Origin: the human T2T-CHM13v2.0 reference genome, Homo sapiens
Reading direction: 5' to 3' (one strand)
NCBI RefSeq assembly: GCF_009914755.1
Contig: NC_060929.1
Length of the DNA: 64,000 bases
In this document: one piece after another, positions 15,917 through 27,440 of the stretch
How positions within the stretch are numbered: position 1 is the stretch's first letter
Layout: every line of letters begins with the position of its first letter
Position numbers and translations under genes: made by a program
The notes under the pieces: generated by a model
Told to the model about the DNA's origin: nothing
The model's database searches: none
What the model saw: only the letters and a program-made list of their open reading frames with translations

Positions 15917-18479
15917 TAGCAGACTCAGACTGCTGTGCTAGCAGTGAGTGAGGTTCTGTTGGTGTGGGACCCCTGAGCCAGGCGCAGGATATAATCTCCT
16001 GTTGTGCCGTTTGCTAAGACCATTGGAAAAGCACAGTATTAGGGTGGGAGTGTCCTGATTTTCCAGGTACCGTCTGTCATGGCTTTCCTCGGCTAGGAAA
16101 GGGAATTCCCCGACCCCTTGTGCTTCCTGGGTGAGGCGACGCCCTGCTCTTCTTTGGCTCACTCTCTGTGGGCTGCACCCACTGTCCAACAAGCCCCAGT
16201 GAGATGAACCCGGTACCTCAGTTGGAAATGCAGAAATCACTTGTCTTCTGTGTCACTCACGCTGGGAGCTATAGACTGGAGCTGTTCCTATTCAGCCATT
16301 TTGGAACCCCTATTTGTTTATTTTTTTATTCAATCTCTTTTAAGATTGAGGTTCAAACTCTTCTGGAGTAGGGAGTGCTGACTGGGAGGGCGATTTTGAT
16401 GAGAAATTCTGTGTTGTACAAATCACCCCTACTCCTCCAGTCCTAAGGTATTATTCTTTTTATAATCTTTTGAGTATAATGTCTAGCCCTTTCCTTAAGA
16501 TGGATGCTTCCCCAGGGGGGATCCAGTGTTCTTTACACAAATGGATCCCTGGCAATCCCATTCCTACAGAGCTCCGGCTGAAGTCAGACATACTTAAGAC
16601 CTAGAGAGAACACTGCTTAGGCTTGTTTGGGACCCTGGTATTATAAAAAATTATCTCTTCATTTATTTGTTGTTTAAGTTTTAGTTAAAGTGAAATTAAT
16701 TTCTTAAAGATATTCATTTAAGTGTGTGCGTGTGTTTAGAGTAATTTCTATACTTACTAAATGTTGAGGGAACTGGATTTTAAACTATTATTTCGTTGCC
16801 AGGATTTTGCATTTCAAATATTGCATTACAGCTTCATTCTTTCCTTGAACTAGATTTTTAAGTGCAGGAAACAACCTTGAGCTTTCAGTTGAGAGTGCCT
16901 CCTTGCTCACAGACAAAGGATAAATCAGGACAGTTTGAAGCATGCTGAGATGTACTCTTAGAATTTCCTGCAATTCTGTGTGACTCCATTGACAGTGACA
17001 AATGAAAGTGGTTTCCACACTCCAGTGGACTATGTACCATCCTAACTAGGACACATTTAGCACTAAGTCAGGGAGTAAGTATTCTTTGTATTTTTCTGTC
17101 AGCAATTTTTGACTGTTTTCCTTATTGGTATTGTTGATTTTGCTTTGTGTTGTTGTTTTACTGTTAAGCCACAACAGATAAGAAAGAAGAAAAAAACAAA
17201 AAACATAAGTTAGCACAAATTTTGGGGATATGAATTACAATTGTGCTTTGCTATTTATTTCTCTAAAATTGAGTTTCATGTTAATATTAAAAAAATACAC
17301 ATTGTGGCTCAGAGGGAGTTTTAGGTTATTAGGGAAAATGGTTTCATGAAAGAAAACAGATGCCAAATGGTATTATGCAGTATTCTAAAATGATCATGAC
17401 GTTTGAGAAAAGCAGTTAAACAATACCTCCACTAGAAGTCATAAGATTATACAATTTTCAAGAGAAATAAAGGAACGTTTATTATATCAAAACTTTTGAG
17501 CTGCATTTTTAAGTTTTATCCACTGACTAGCATTTCAATTTATGAGGTAGTCAGACTTTGTGTCATGAAATGTTTGTTAGTGTTCTGTCCAGGTACAGAA
17601 ATTGTTAGAGCGATTTCTCCTACAGACACTAAAATGATAGCAATGTTCCATGGAAATGAAAAGCTATTTGCCTGATGAATAGCAAGACAATATGCAACCT
17701 AGGATGCATAATTCTACTTTCCACTGTTACCCTTGGGATCCATAGAATGAGATTACCTTAAAACTGAACATATCTCCTATTCAAGTCCTTCCAGTATTTC
17801 AGGAACTAAACATTCAAGAAAAGACTAGAAGCAGGGAGCTCAATGTGGAAGCTAATATTATAACAGTTCTCAATAGTCCCTGCAACAAAAACTTGATTTC
17901 TTCAAAATTACTCTAGGAAAGAAAGTGACTCCTTATCTTGTGACAACATGCAGTACTTAGCACTTTATTTCAGACACCATTATTGACTGTATCAAACTGG
18001 GCATCTATTGGGAAAAGGCATGAAGAACAACCATGTAAGAAATATGCCAACATAGAAAAAAAATCTTAGATTAATTATGTTTAGCTTATGTCGTATTTTA
18101 AACCTGAGTGTAGAACGTTATGTTCAAGTCCATTATTTCTAGCATTCTCAATCACAAATAGCTTTTATTGAACGAATACATTTGTTCCTTGATTCTTTAG
18201 GACTGTTAACCAGGCCCAAATAGGAGCTGAGCCATCTAAGCATGTTGAGGGATTACCAGAGATTGTAATCCCCTAGAGAATCAATTTTCTTCTCATCTTT
18301 ATCTGATTCTATTTTCTTGTCTCCCTGTAATGGGAGCCAGATTCTTTGAATATAAATTTCCTGAGCTAACATGGCAAAAAGCCTACCTGAGAAGATGAAA
18401 CCACATGACCTGGGGTGAGGAGAGTATTAGAAAGTGGGCGAGCCCCTGAGCACCCCTATAGACAACACTCCAGTTTGTA

Positions 18480-19020
18480 GGTATTGTTAATCTGCAGGAT
18501 CAAGTTACAGAAAACCCAACTCAAATTACTTAAGCAAATAAGGAATCTAGAGTCATGTAATACAAAGTCAAAAATGGCTGAGCCCTGTGCTGCAAGCGCT
18601 GTGAGTAGGGCTCATGGGTCTTTACATTGCCTCCACTTTCCTCTCTGGGTCCTTTTTCAGAAAGGCTTTCTTCACATTGGTGAGCTACCTGACAGCAGCA
18701 TTTGCTTATATCAACCCAGGTCTAAATCCAGCAGAAATAAGAATAACACAATCTTATGAGTGAAGCAAAAGTCCTGGAATTAACTCTGATTGGAAAATAA
18801 TCACCTTGATTTAGGTCCTGCTCCATCCCTACAACAATCTCTATAGGAAGAAATAGGTGAGCCTCAAATCACCCAGTTCGTAATAACCTGCTTTTCTTGA
18901 GGCTGTGAGTGGGATCAGTTTTACCAATAGCGCCTAGGCCAGGAATGGGTTCGTGATGGTGTCCTGAGGTCAGGTCACCATGACCACAAAAGCAGGCCAC
19001 CAATATGGGCAGGCACAATC
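18480..19020 (-). mobile_element. Old MLT1 (MaLR, K/L-like) LTR relic
   Basis: caagttacagaaaacccaactcaaattacttaagcaaataaggaat matches the old MLT1 terminal motif. Confidence 0.5.
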
Positions 19021-19044
19021 AATAACTGTCCATTAAACACTATT

Positions 19045-19215
19045 CCAATGGTTTTTCAATTCTGGCTATACATTATCCAAGAAGATTTATATAAATACAT
19101 AAAAAATATACTTGGACTTTATCCCTCAAAAATTCTCAAATGTTAAGTTCAGGGTGGGAACTGGATGTTTGTATTTTGACAAAGTTCTGTAGATGAATCA
19201 ATAATTACCAGATCT
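19045..19215. mobile_element. MER5-like hAT-Charlie relic
   Basis: caatggtttttcaattctggct...agggtgggaactggatgtttgtattttgacaaagttctgtagatgaatc. Confidence 0.45.
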
Positions 19216-19959
19216 AAATCATTAAGTGGTCTCACTGAATTTATTTATTAAATGAGTGTGGTAAAATAACTTATCAATTCTCAAACATTTCCAACTATGA
19301 GCCACCTAAACAGTGTCAAGAGTCCTAGAGCCCACATATCCATTCACCCACCCATACTTCACCAGCACCAAACATACCTCCCTCATTAATGTTATTTTGA
19401 CAGGGTACCACTCAAAAAAACTGCTTTTGAGGAGTTCTAACTAGGACTTTGAGCTCTGCCCTAGTTACAGTAATGTTCTTGTCAAGGTTACCGGAGTTCT
19501 TTAGAATTCATTTTTTAAGTGTATGATTAATGGAAAAATTATATTTAACTATATATTAAAAGATAATATGTTGAATTCACAAACATTTTGCCTCTTTTTT
19601 TCTTAACCTTCTCACTTAATCACTCTCATCCATAGTTACAACATCGACCTTAGGATTGCATGATGCTGCATTATCTCCCACACCTGGACCACAATCTTTT
19701 TTTGGTCTTGCTAGTTTGTTTGACTATTCTTTTTCCTCACAAATCTTCAAGTTCATTGACAATTCTCTCCCACCCCTCTCCATTGGTCTCTACCTGTCTT
19801 TATGACTTTACTGACTACTGACTTTACTGACTCAAATTAGATTCCAGAGTCAACAAAGACAAAAACTCTATACTCAATTCCTCTCTGTCTTTTCTTTGTG
19901 CTTGCCACCTCAACTCCAGCTCTTCCTCCAAGTTTGCACTAAGACAGCTGAGTTTTGCT

Positions 19960-20601
19960 GGAGAAAAATCCCAACATCCAAATATGTCATGTCACTCCTG
20001 TGCCCAGAACCCTCCAATGGCTTTCTTACTTTGATTAAAACCCAAATTCCTTTCCATGCTGTGAAACACTGTGATTTGGTCGACAGTTTCCACTCTGGCC
20101 TCATCTCCTCTTCATGTCACTGCTGTCACTCTGACCTCATCACTGGTCCTTCAACAAGCAAGTGTCTTCCTGCCTTAAGCATTTGCATTTACTGTTTTCT
20201 TTACTCAAAATACTCTTCTTCCAGATATCTGCAAGTCTCATGACCTCATTTTATTCAGTTTTGTTCCCAAACATCTCCTTCCCTGACTATCCTAGATAAC
20301 AGATATTTTCCTAGATAACAGATATTTATGAGTTGAAACACACACACACAATTAAAGCCTGAAACACAGATAGATATGGGTAGCATCACCATGCTGGTCA
20401 ACTAAATTGATTCCCCTGGGATGATATTGCACTAATCAGCACCTAACATAATACATGTACTACATTTACTCTTTGATCTTTTCCTGTCTTCTTCTGCTTG
20501 ATTATAGGCTCCGTAATGACAGAATTTGTTTTGTCCACTGCTGTATCTTCAGTACTTAAAACAGCAATGACACTTAATGAATATTTGTTGAATGAATAAA
20601 T
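19960..20601 (+). mobile_element. L2 3' end (interrupted by a 91-bp non-L2 insert)
   Basis: atgtcactcctgtgcccagaacctccaatggctt...ttccagatatctgc...aatatttgttgaatgaataaa. Confidence 0.75.
20324..20414 (+). repeat. 91-bp dispersed duplicate, copy A
   Basis: Ungapped match to 25592-25682 with 9 mismatches by eye (~90%). Confidence 0.92.
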
Positions 20602-20899
20602 ACATGAAGCAAGTATGTTTATACCATTATAAGTTCACAGTCACTTACTTCAACTGGGCCTCAATACTACCTGGCAATTCCACTGTTTTTATCTCTTCAA
20701 CTGAATCTCTCACCCTCCATAATGACTATTTTAAATTTTCACTCTTTAAACCTCTCATCAACACAAACCTACACACACGTATACACTCATGTGTACACTC
20801 CACAACCCACAACCACATGCTCACAACAGACAACTTTGTTTCCTATGTTACAGAAACATAGATGTTCATAGACAAGAGATCCCTGTAAGTCTTGTTACA

Positions 20900-22560
20900 A
20901 AACCAACATGCATTACCATATGGGTACTTGTGCTTCTCTAATTGCTGTTGTTATTTTTTAGAAAAAAAGTTGTATTTACTCCTATCTAAGCCAATTCCTC
21001 CTCATTTTGTTAGGACCTACTTCTTCCTATCTTTTCAGGAATATCTCATTGTGAATCTTCAAATAACCTTAACTCCATCCCACCTTAAAAAACAAAATTA
21101 AAATACTTCCTTCAGCCACATAATCCTCCGCAATCACTGTCTCCTTCCCTTCACTGCAAAACTTTTTAGAGTAATGGCCCCCTTGTCTCTCTCCTCTCTT
21201 CCCACACACTCCTCAGTCCACTCTAATCTCAATAAACACCCACTCCTTCACTAGAAAGACTGTTGCTAAGATTCTCAGTGACCTACTTCCACATTGCTAA
21301 AATGCATGGGTATTTTTTAATCTTCATTTTAGGTGAATTGTCAGCAGAATGTTGTACTATTAACCACCCCTTCTTTTTAAAAATTCTTACTGTAAACTTC
21401 CTTAACATTGTATCCTCCTAACTTTCCTCCTACATCTTCAGCCAGTGCTCCTCAGTTTCCATTGTGAATTCAACCTCCTCTAGATGGCCCCATGTATGAA
21501 CATTCCTGAAAACTCAGCCCTGGCCTCTTCTCTTCTCTTCTTATTCTATACTTTCTTTTCTGGAGATCCCACTATCAGCCAAGGCTTTAATAACCAACCA
21601 TAAACCAGTGATATTCAGATTTTTACCACTAGTGATAATCTCTCCTCTGAGCTCCTAGCTTGCCTCTCCAATTTTGTAATGTGTATTCTCCACTTGAAGA
21701 TCTTAAAGATACCTCAAAATCAATCTATCCAAAACCAAATCCATTTGCTTTCCCTTCCAAAGTAGTCCTTCACCCTTGTTTCCACTGTTAGGAACACAGC
21801 ACCCTGTATCTAGTTGTGAAAGCCAGAAAACAGGGAGTTGTCATGGCCACCACCCTCTTTCCTTAATTCCCTTATATAATTCATCACCAAATTCTGCTAA
21901 TTCTACATCTTAAATATCAAATATCTCCTTCCTCTCTGTTCTTTCTCTCTAATTCACTGGCTACCATCTTAGTCTAAGACATTACCATCTATCAACTCTC
22001 TCTACATGGTCTCCTCATTTGCCTTTTGCCCACTCCAGTCTGTCCTCCACGTGGCAAACAAAGAGATTTTCTCAAAGCACGACCCTAATCATGCCACAAC
22101 TCTGCCACAAATCCTTTGTTTCCCATTGTTCTTAAAATAAAGAACAAAGTATTTTTTAACATGCCTTGCAATCAATTAATGAAGAAGCTGGTCCCTGCCA
22201 AGGTCTACAGACTACCCCACCCACTACACTTCAGATACCCTGGTCATTAGTGGTAGAAGGAGCTATGCTATCACTCCTGCCATGGCCTTTTCTCATGCTG
22301 TTACCTTTGTATCCAAGGCCTTTCCTCATCCACCATTCCCTAGTTCATTTCTGTTCTTCATTCTGCAAATCTCAATTCTCAACTCAACTTTTAAATTTCT
22401 TAGGGAAAGTTTTCTTACTAGAACACTGGAAAAAGTTCTCCTACAATATATTCTTTTAGTTCACAATATTATCTTTGGCACTTGTCACAGTAAATAACTG
22501 TAAACTTAAGCAGTTATACGGTCAACATTGGCCTAATAAGGAAGCCCTTCAGAGAATGAC
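20900..22560 (+). mobile_element. L2 ORF2/3' region relic
   Basis: CT-rich sequence with L2 motifs (cagtgacctacttccacattgctaaaa...ttgtcagcagaatgttgtactattaaccac; ttcatcaccaaattctgctaattctac). Confidence 0.7.
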
Positions 22561-22568
22561 TGTATCTT

Positions 22569-22808
22569 CAGTTGGTCCTTCATATTCATAGGTTCCACAT
22601 TCATGTATTCAACCAACCTCATAAAAATATATTTTAAAATGGCACCTGTACTGAACATGTACAGACTTTTTTCTTGTCATTTTTCTCTAAACTACACACT
22701 ATAACAAATATATACATAGCATTTATATTGTACTAAGTATTACAAGTAATCTAGAGATTATTTAAAGTACATGGGAGAATGTGTGTAGGTTATATGCAAA
22801 TACTACAC
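22569..22808 (-). mobile_element. MER2 fragment
   Basis: Reverse-complement similarity to 8140-8469 (ctgtactgaacatgtacagac...taggttatatgcaaatactac). Confidence 0.85.
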
Positions 22809-23054
22809 AAAACAACTTCATTTAACCATTACTTCTCTATTTGATATTTTGGTGGCTTAGAGTTATTTTGCTATTATTTTTGAAAATTTATGCAATGAGA
22901 ATACACAACTCTCACACTGTGGGTAAGAGAAAATTTATTTTAAAAATAAATATTTGCTGATCAAACAGTTGGATGACAATATTTGTTTTTCAAAAACAAA
23001 AGAAAAGACACTGTCATTATCAAAAACATCAAATTTTGAAATACCAGCTGATGG

Positions 23055-23170
23055 CAAGGTACCACCTCTAGAGATCTGTGAATTAATTGGTGTGTAATGA
23101 GATTTGGGCATTGAAAATTTTTAAAGTTGCCCAGGTGATTCTGATGTGCAGCCAAGTTTGAAAACCACTG
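23055..23170 (+). mobile_element. MER5-like fragment
   Basis: cccaggtgattctgatgtgcagccaagtttgaaaaccactg terminus. Confidence 0.7.
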
Positions 23171-23564
23171 CAGAAGATGCTTATCAATGCCCTTTTCACA
23201 AGTTGAATGCTACCACAATTAATGTACCAATGGATATAAATACAGATGACGTGGCTCTCCAAAACAAAGACCATGTCAGCTAATAGCTTTATGTAGCACT
23301 TGGCAGGAAACCGTGTAATCACAGGCTCATAGTGATTAATAAATCTAAGGGGAGAATCATTTGGGTGAAATGATTCAAGAAGCATTCTTTCTCCCTACTA
23401 ATTTGGAATGCAACTTACATCTGAAAGAGATATTGCACAGATGTCAGCCCAAGCAGCAATGTTGAGTCCCTCCAATGAAGAAGTTAGCCAGCTCCATAAC
23501 TAGTGAATCAGGACAACAGACACTCTCATCGTGCCACAAGGTCAAAAAACCCACCTCTGTGCTC

Positions 23565-23810
23565 AGAATGACTGGGTTTCAATCTCAGCTCTGCCACTTG
23601 CTAGTTTGCACCTTGGTCAAGTCTTTTAACTTTTCTATGCCTCAGTCTCTATTTTTAATAATAGAAAAATGATAAATATATAATAAGGTATATAATAGTA
23701 ACTATTTCAAAAGCTTGGTTTGAAGGTTAATTGAAATAATTCATGTAAAGCACTGAGCCTAGGTGCCTGGCCTATAGTTAACACTAAATATATATCAGCT
23801 GTTACTACTT
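23565..23810 (+). mobile_element. MIR
   Basis: ctgggtttcaatctcagctctgccacttgctag...ccttggtcaagtc...gcctcagt core. Confidence 0.8.
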
Positions 23811-23989
23811 TCTCAAGTTAAAGCTGGAAATTCCTACTGAAGGATGGAAACTCATCCATTTTGTTGTTTTAAAGCTTATTTGTAAGTCAAAGAAAATTAA
23901 AACTGAAACTGCAGAATTAGCCTAGAATGAAATAATATCAATAACAGAACTAAAGAATATCACTAAAGCTGTATTCATTTTCCTAAATC

Positions 23990-24235
23990 CTGATACCAAT
24001 GAAGAAAATAGACTACAATTAGTGAAATAAGAGTTTGACAACAAAATAGCCCTAAATCTAAAAGCAAAAAAGAAAAATTAATAGAGACAGTAGCAAAAAT
24101 TAATGAATTAGATAATAGAAAATTAACTAATCAATAAATTCAAGACCTAGTTTTCAAAATAAAAAAAAATAAAATAGATAAAATCTTAGGTAACCTAATA
24201 AAAAAAGGGAGAAAGGGAGAAATCACAAATTTAGG
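23990..24235 (+). mobile_element. Ancient L1M ORF2 fragment
   Basis: gcaaaaattaatgaattag...atcaataaattcaagacctagttttc...aaaatagataaaatcttag. Confidence 0.55.
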
Positions 24236-25374
24236 ATTTGGACGAAGACTTACTTCATGTTTACATTTACCTTTTCTTTTATTTTGAATTTTATATTCTA
24301 GGCCCTGGTTTGAACTGGTAGCATAGGATTTACATTTGGTAAGTGTTACATTGACTTTGTTTCTTATAGTCTGTTAGTGGTTTGGAACAAGCTGCAGTGG
24401 CTCTTGGCATTTGTGTGTCCCCAGGGGATAACTGAGCTGGACAGATTTTTTTGGCACTTTGGGAACTAGCTGCCAAAGCATCCAGTGAATTATAAATGGC
24501 AATATTTTTGTATCAGATTATGGTTTAGATTAATAAATTTGTCTTTTGGTGTCTGTTACTGAGGAAATTTCTTTGACGCATTCTGTAAGTAGAAGCATGA
24601 AATCTCTAGAGTGGCCTGATGCACTAAAAGCCACAGGGAGAAATATAATTGAAAGACATCTGTACTGCAATGACAAAGCAATGGAAAGGCTGAAGTTCAA
24701 ATTGCAACAGGCTCAAAATATCAACACTTAAGTTAAACTACCGGGGCTGGTGCCTGGACAGAAACTTTGGAGAACAGATTTTTTTTTTTAGTTGAAAGTT
24801 AGTTACTAGTACTAATCTTCCTTTGAAATCAGGAAACCTTCTCCATTCCCTTGAGGAACAAAGTCCCCAGTTTGTGTGATAAACTAGCACCTCAACGGAG
24901 TCCAGAACTAGGCAAGAGAAAGTAAAGATGTCTTCCAAGTCCTCCTATGCAGATTTGTATCACGGTCTCATTTTTCAGAACTTATCAGTCAAGCAATAGC
25001 TGTCCAATCCAGACTCAACTCCAAGCAGACTGTGTTCAGGAAACCTAAGTCTTTTGTCTACAATGTTTATAAAAGCATAAATCACTGAAATGTGGCATTT
25101 ATATTTTAAATTATTTCATTAGAAATTTACAATTTCTATGCTTTATGAGAACAAATTAAACTATGACTTATGTTTAAGAATTTTGTTACTAATTGTTTGT
25201 ACTTAAAAGCCCAATTTACAAGCTTTTTTCTCTAGGAAATAGGGGATCATGCATCCTTTTACACTTTTCCCCCATCCTTCACCCAATCTCTCATAAGCAC
25301 ACACACGGACACATATTATGTCTAGGAGTCAGTGGATATGCTCATAGAGCATCTCTCTGGAAGAGAGAAAAGTC

Positions 25375-25500
25375 GTGATTTGTACTGCCTTCCAATTTCC
25401 ATGGTGTAAATATTCCCACAGCGGCTGATTTCAAGCTAACAGCCAGCTTTAGCCACTGGCTTACAAAATTCCTGAATATTTAAAATCAGCTCTTTTAAGT
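25375..25500 (-). mobile_element. MER63 fragment
   Basis: ttccatggtgtaaatattcccac...tgatttcaagcta...caaaattcctgaatattt. Confidence 0.6.
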
Positions 25501-25591
25501 CATTTCCATTGTCTACAATACATCTCTGCTGGGACTGTACTGCCTCTGTATTCTGCTCCCTACCCTCCAGCAAGCACTTAGTGGTTAGGAA

Positions 25592-25682
25592 ATTTATCAG
25601 TTGAAACACACACACACAGTTAAAGTCCGAAGCACAAATAGATATGGGTAGCATTACCATGCTGGTCAACTAGATTAATTCC
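25592..25682 (+). repeat. 91-bp dispersed duplicate, copy B (probable donor)
   Basis: Matches 20324-20414. Confidence 0.92.
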
Positions 25683-25689
25683 ATTTATT

Positions 25690-25815
25690 TTCTTAGTCAC
25701 TCAGTCACTCTATGTTTACTGAATGTCTAATATGTGTCAGATACCATGCTAGGCATTGAAGTTAAAAATAATAAACTAATATAAGCTTATTGCCCTGGAG
25801 GAGCTCAGGGTCTAG
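25690..25815 (-). mobile_element. L2 3' end
   Basis: tgtttactgaatgtctaatatgtgtcagataccatgctaggcattg...gccctggaggagctc. Confidence 0.7.
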
Positions 25816-26119
25816 AAACATTAGGAAAAAAAAGAACAAAAATATTAAAATGAACAAAATTATTTGATGCAAATATATGGAGGCTTCATTGCATGCCCAT
25901 TTTGGAGCATTGCTGATTTTCTATTTCTTTTATATAAAGCCTCCCCTAATTAACACTCTCCACAGACAGTTCTCAGAGTGCCTTGATTTTTCATAAGAAT
26001 AAATCTTGTCATCTCAACTAAATTATAAGCTTTGTACAGACACTGACCATATTTTGCATTTATTTCCCATGCTTTGCAAGACCAGATACCCCAAAATAAT
26101 AAACCAACATTTGTATTTC

Positions 26120-26330
26120 CAAAACATTTTCATAGATGTTATCTCATCTGAGCCTCACAGCAGACCTGTGGTGTATGTAGATTTGGTATTATTACAACTA
26201 GTCTTTATCTTTGTTTTATAACCAGAAACTAAAGCCTAAAAAAGGTTAGGGAACTGACCAAGGTCATGTGAACCAGAACACAAACGCATGTCTTTGAACT
26301 CCAAATCCCATACTCCCTTCACTGTACAGT
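26120..26330 (-). mobile_element. MIR
   Basis: atctcatctgagcctcacagcag...gaaactaaagcc...ccaaggtca. Confidence 0.6.
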
Positions 26331-27299
26331 AACTCTACAACTTTTTATTGATTTATCAACTGCATATAAAATATTCAATGGTCTTTAACAGAGCACAGAT
26401 GAAATTCTTATTCCTGCAGACCCTAAATGTCTAGAATAAGAACATGTCCTTGTCCTAAGTGCCTGTCTATTTCCACAATCTTAGCCAGCATGCAGGACCC
26501 AAAAGATGTAAAGCACATCACTGTCCTAAATCTCCATTTCCAATGGTAGATGGCTAATTTCTGAATCCATCTGGCTACTCGGTGCCATTTATTTTTTCTA
26601 TTTTATCTCCCTAATGATAATTTAAAGAAATAGAACCTTTAAGTCTTAATTTAAGACACTGTTTCCAATAATCCATCATGGCAGGAACCCTTTAAAAAAC
26701 ATCATGGACAAGAAATGTGAAATAGCAACTTATTCCTCACCCTGTGCTCTCCACTGTCATGTACAGAGCCCACATACCACTGCTAACCAGTTCCACATGG
26801 GATTGTTAGGCATTCTGAAAGTCAGAGGCAATGTTAATACAATGTTTCTACCTCAAAGGCATGTTTATAATTTTCTACTAGCTCCTAGATGAGTCTGGTC
26901 CCTTGTTCTAGTTCAATCAAAGATTTTGCAGGAACTTTCAATCTGGATTTCAACTTCTCATGTTATCATGATTAGAGGAAGTTCTGCCCCCAGGTACCTG
27001 TCCTGTGCCCTGCCAGCTTCAAGAGCTCCAACTGGAGGACAGCAACCACAGGAGTAGACTGTGTGCTACAGTATTAAAATAGACTTTGGGAAGAAAAAAG
27101 AAAAATGTGTAACCCTTAAAGAGCATTTGTAACCTGAATATCCAGATCTCATGACTTTACAAGTATATGCAAGTATATATAAGCACAGCATGAGGTATAA
27201 TGTGTCTCGCACAAAAACAGATTCTCATTTGGTATTTATTGAACAGATGAATTATTTTGATGTGTATGCATGTGTGTATCTGTTGAGACAACTGACTTA

Positions 27300-27440
27300 C
27301 TTAAGTGTCTTTCTTGCCTATTACAGTGTAAGCTACTTGAAGGCAGGGACTATGACTTATTTTTGTCCCTATATCTGGGGCTTAACACAGTCAGGTATAT
27401 AGTAGATACTCAATATGCATTTGCAGAATTAATGAATAAA
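27300..27440 (+). mobile_element. L2 3' end
   Basis: tgtaagctacttgaaggcagggac...tagtagatactcaata...gaattaatgaataa. Confidence 0.7.

Noticed and set aside
18579-18614. Short hairpins (tgagccct..agggctca; also taagtggac..gtccactta near 45608-45630)
   Set aside because: 8-9 bp stems are expected by chance in 64 kb; no pre-miRNA-length structure
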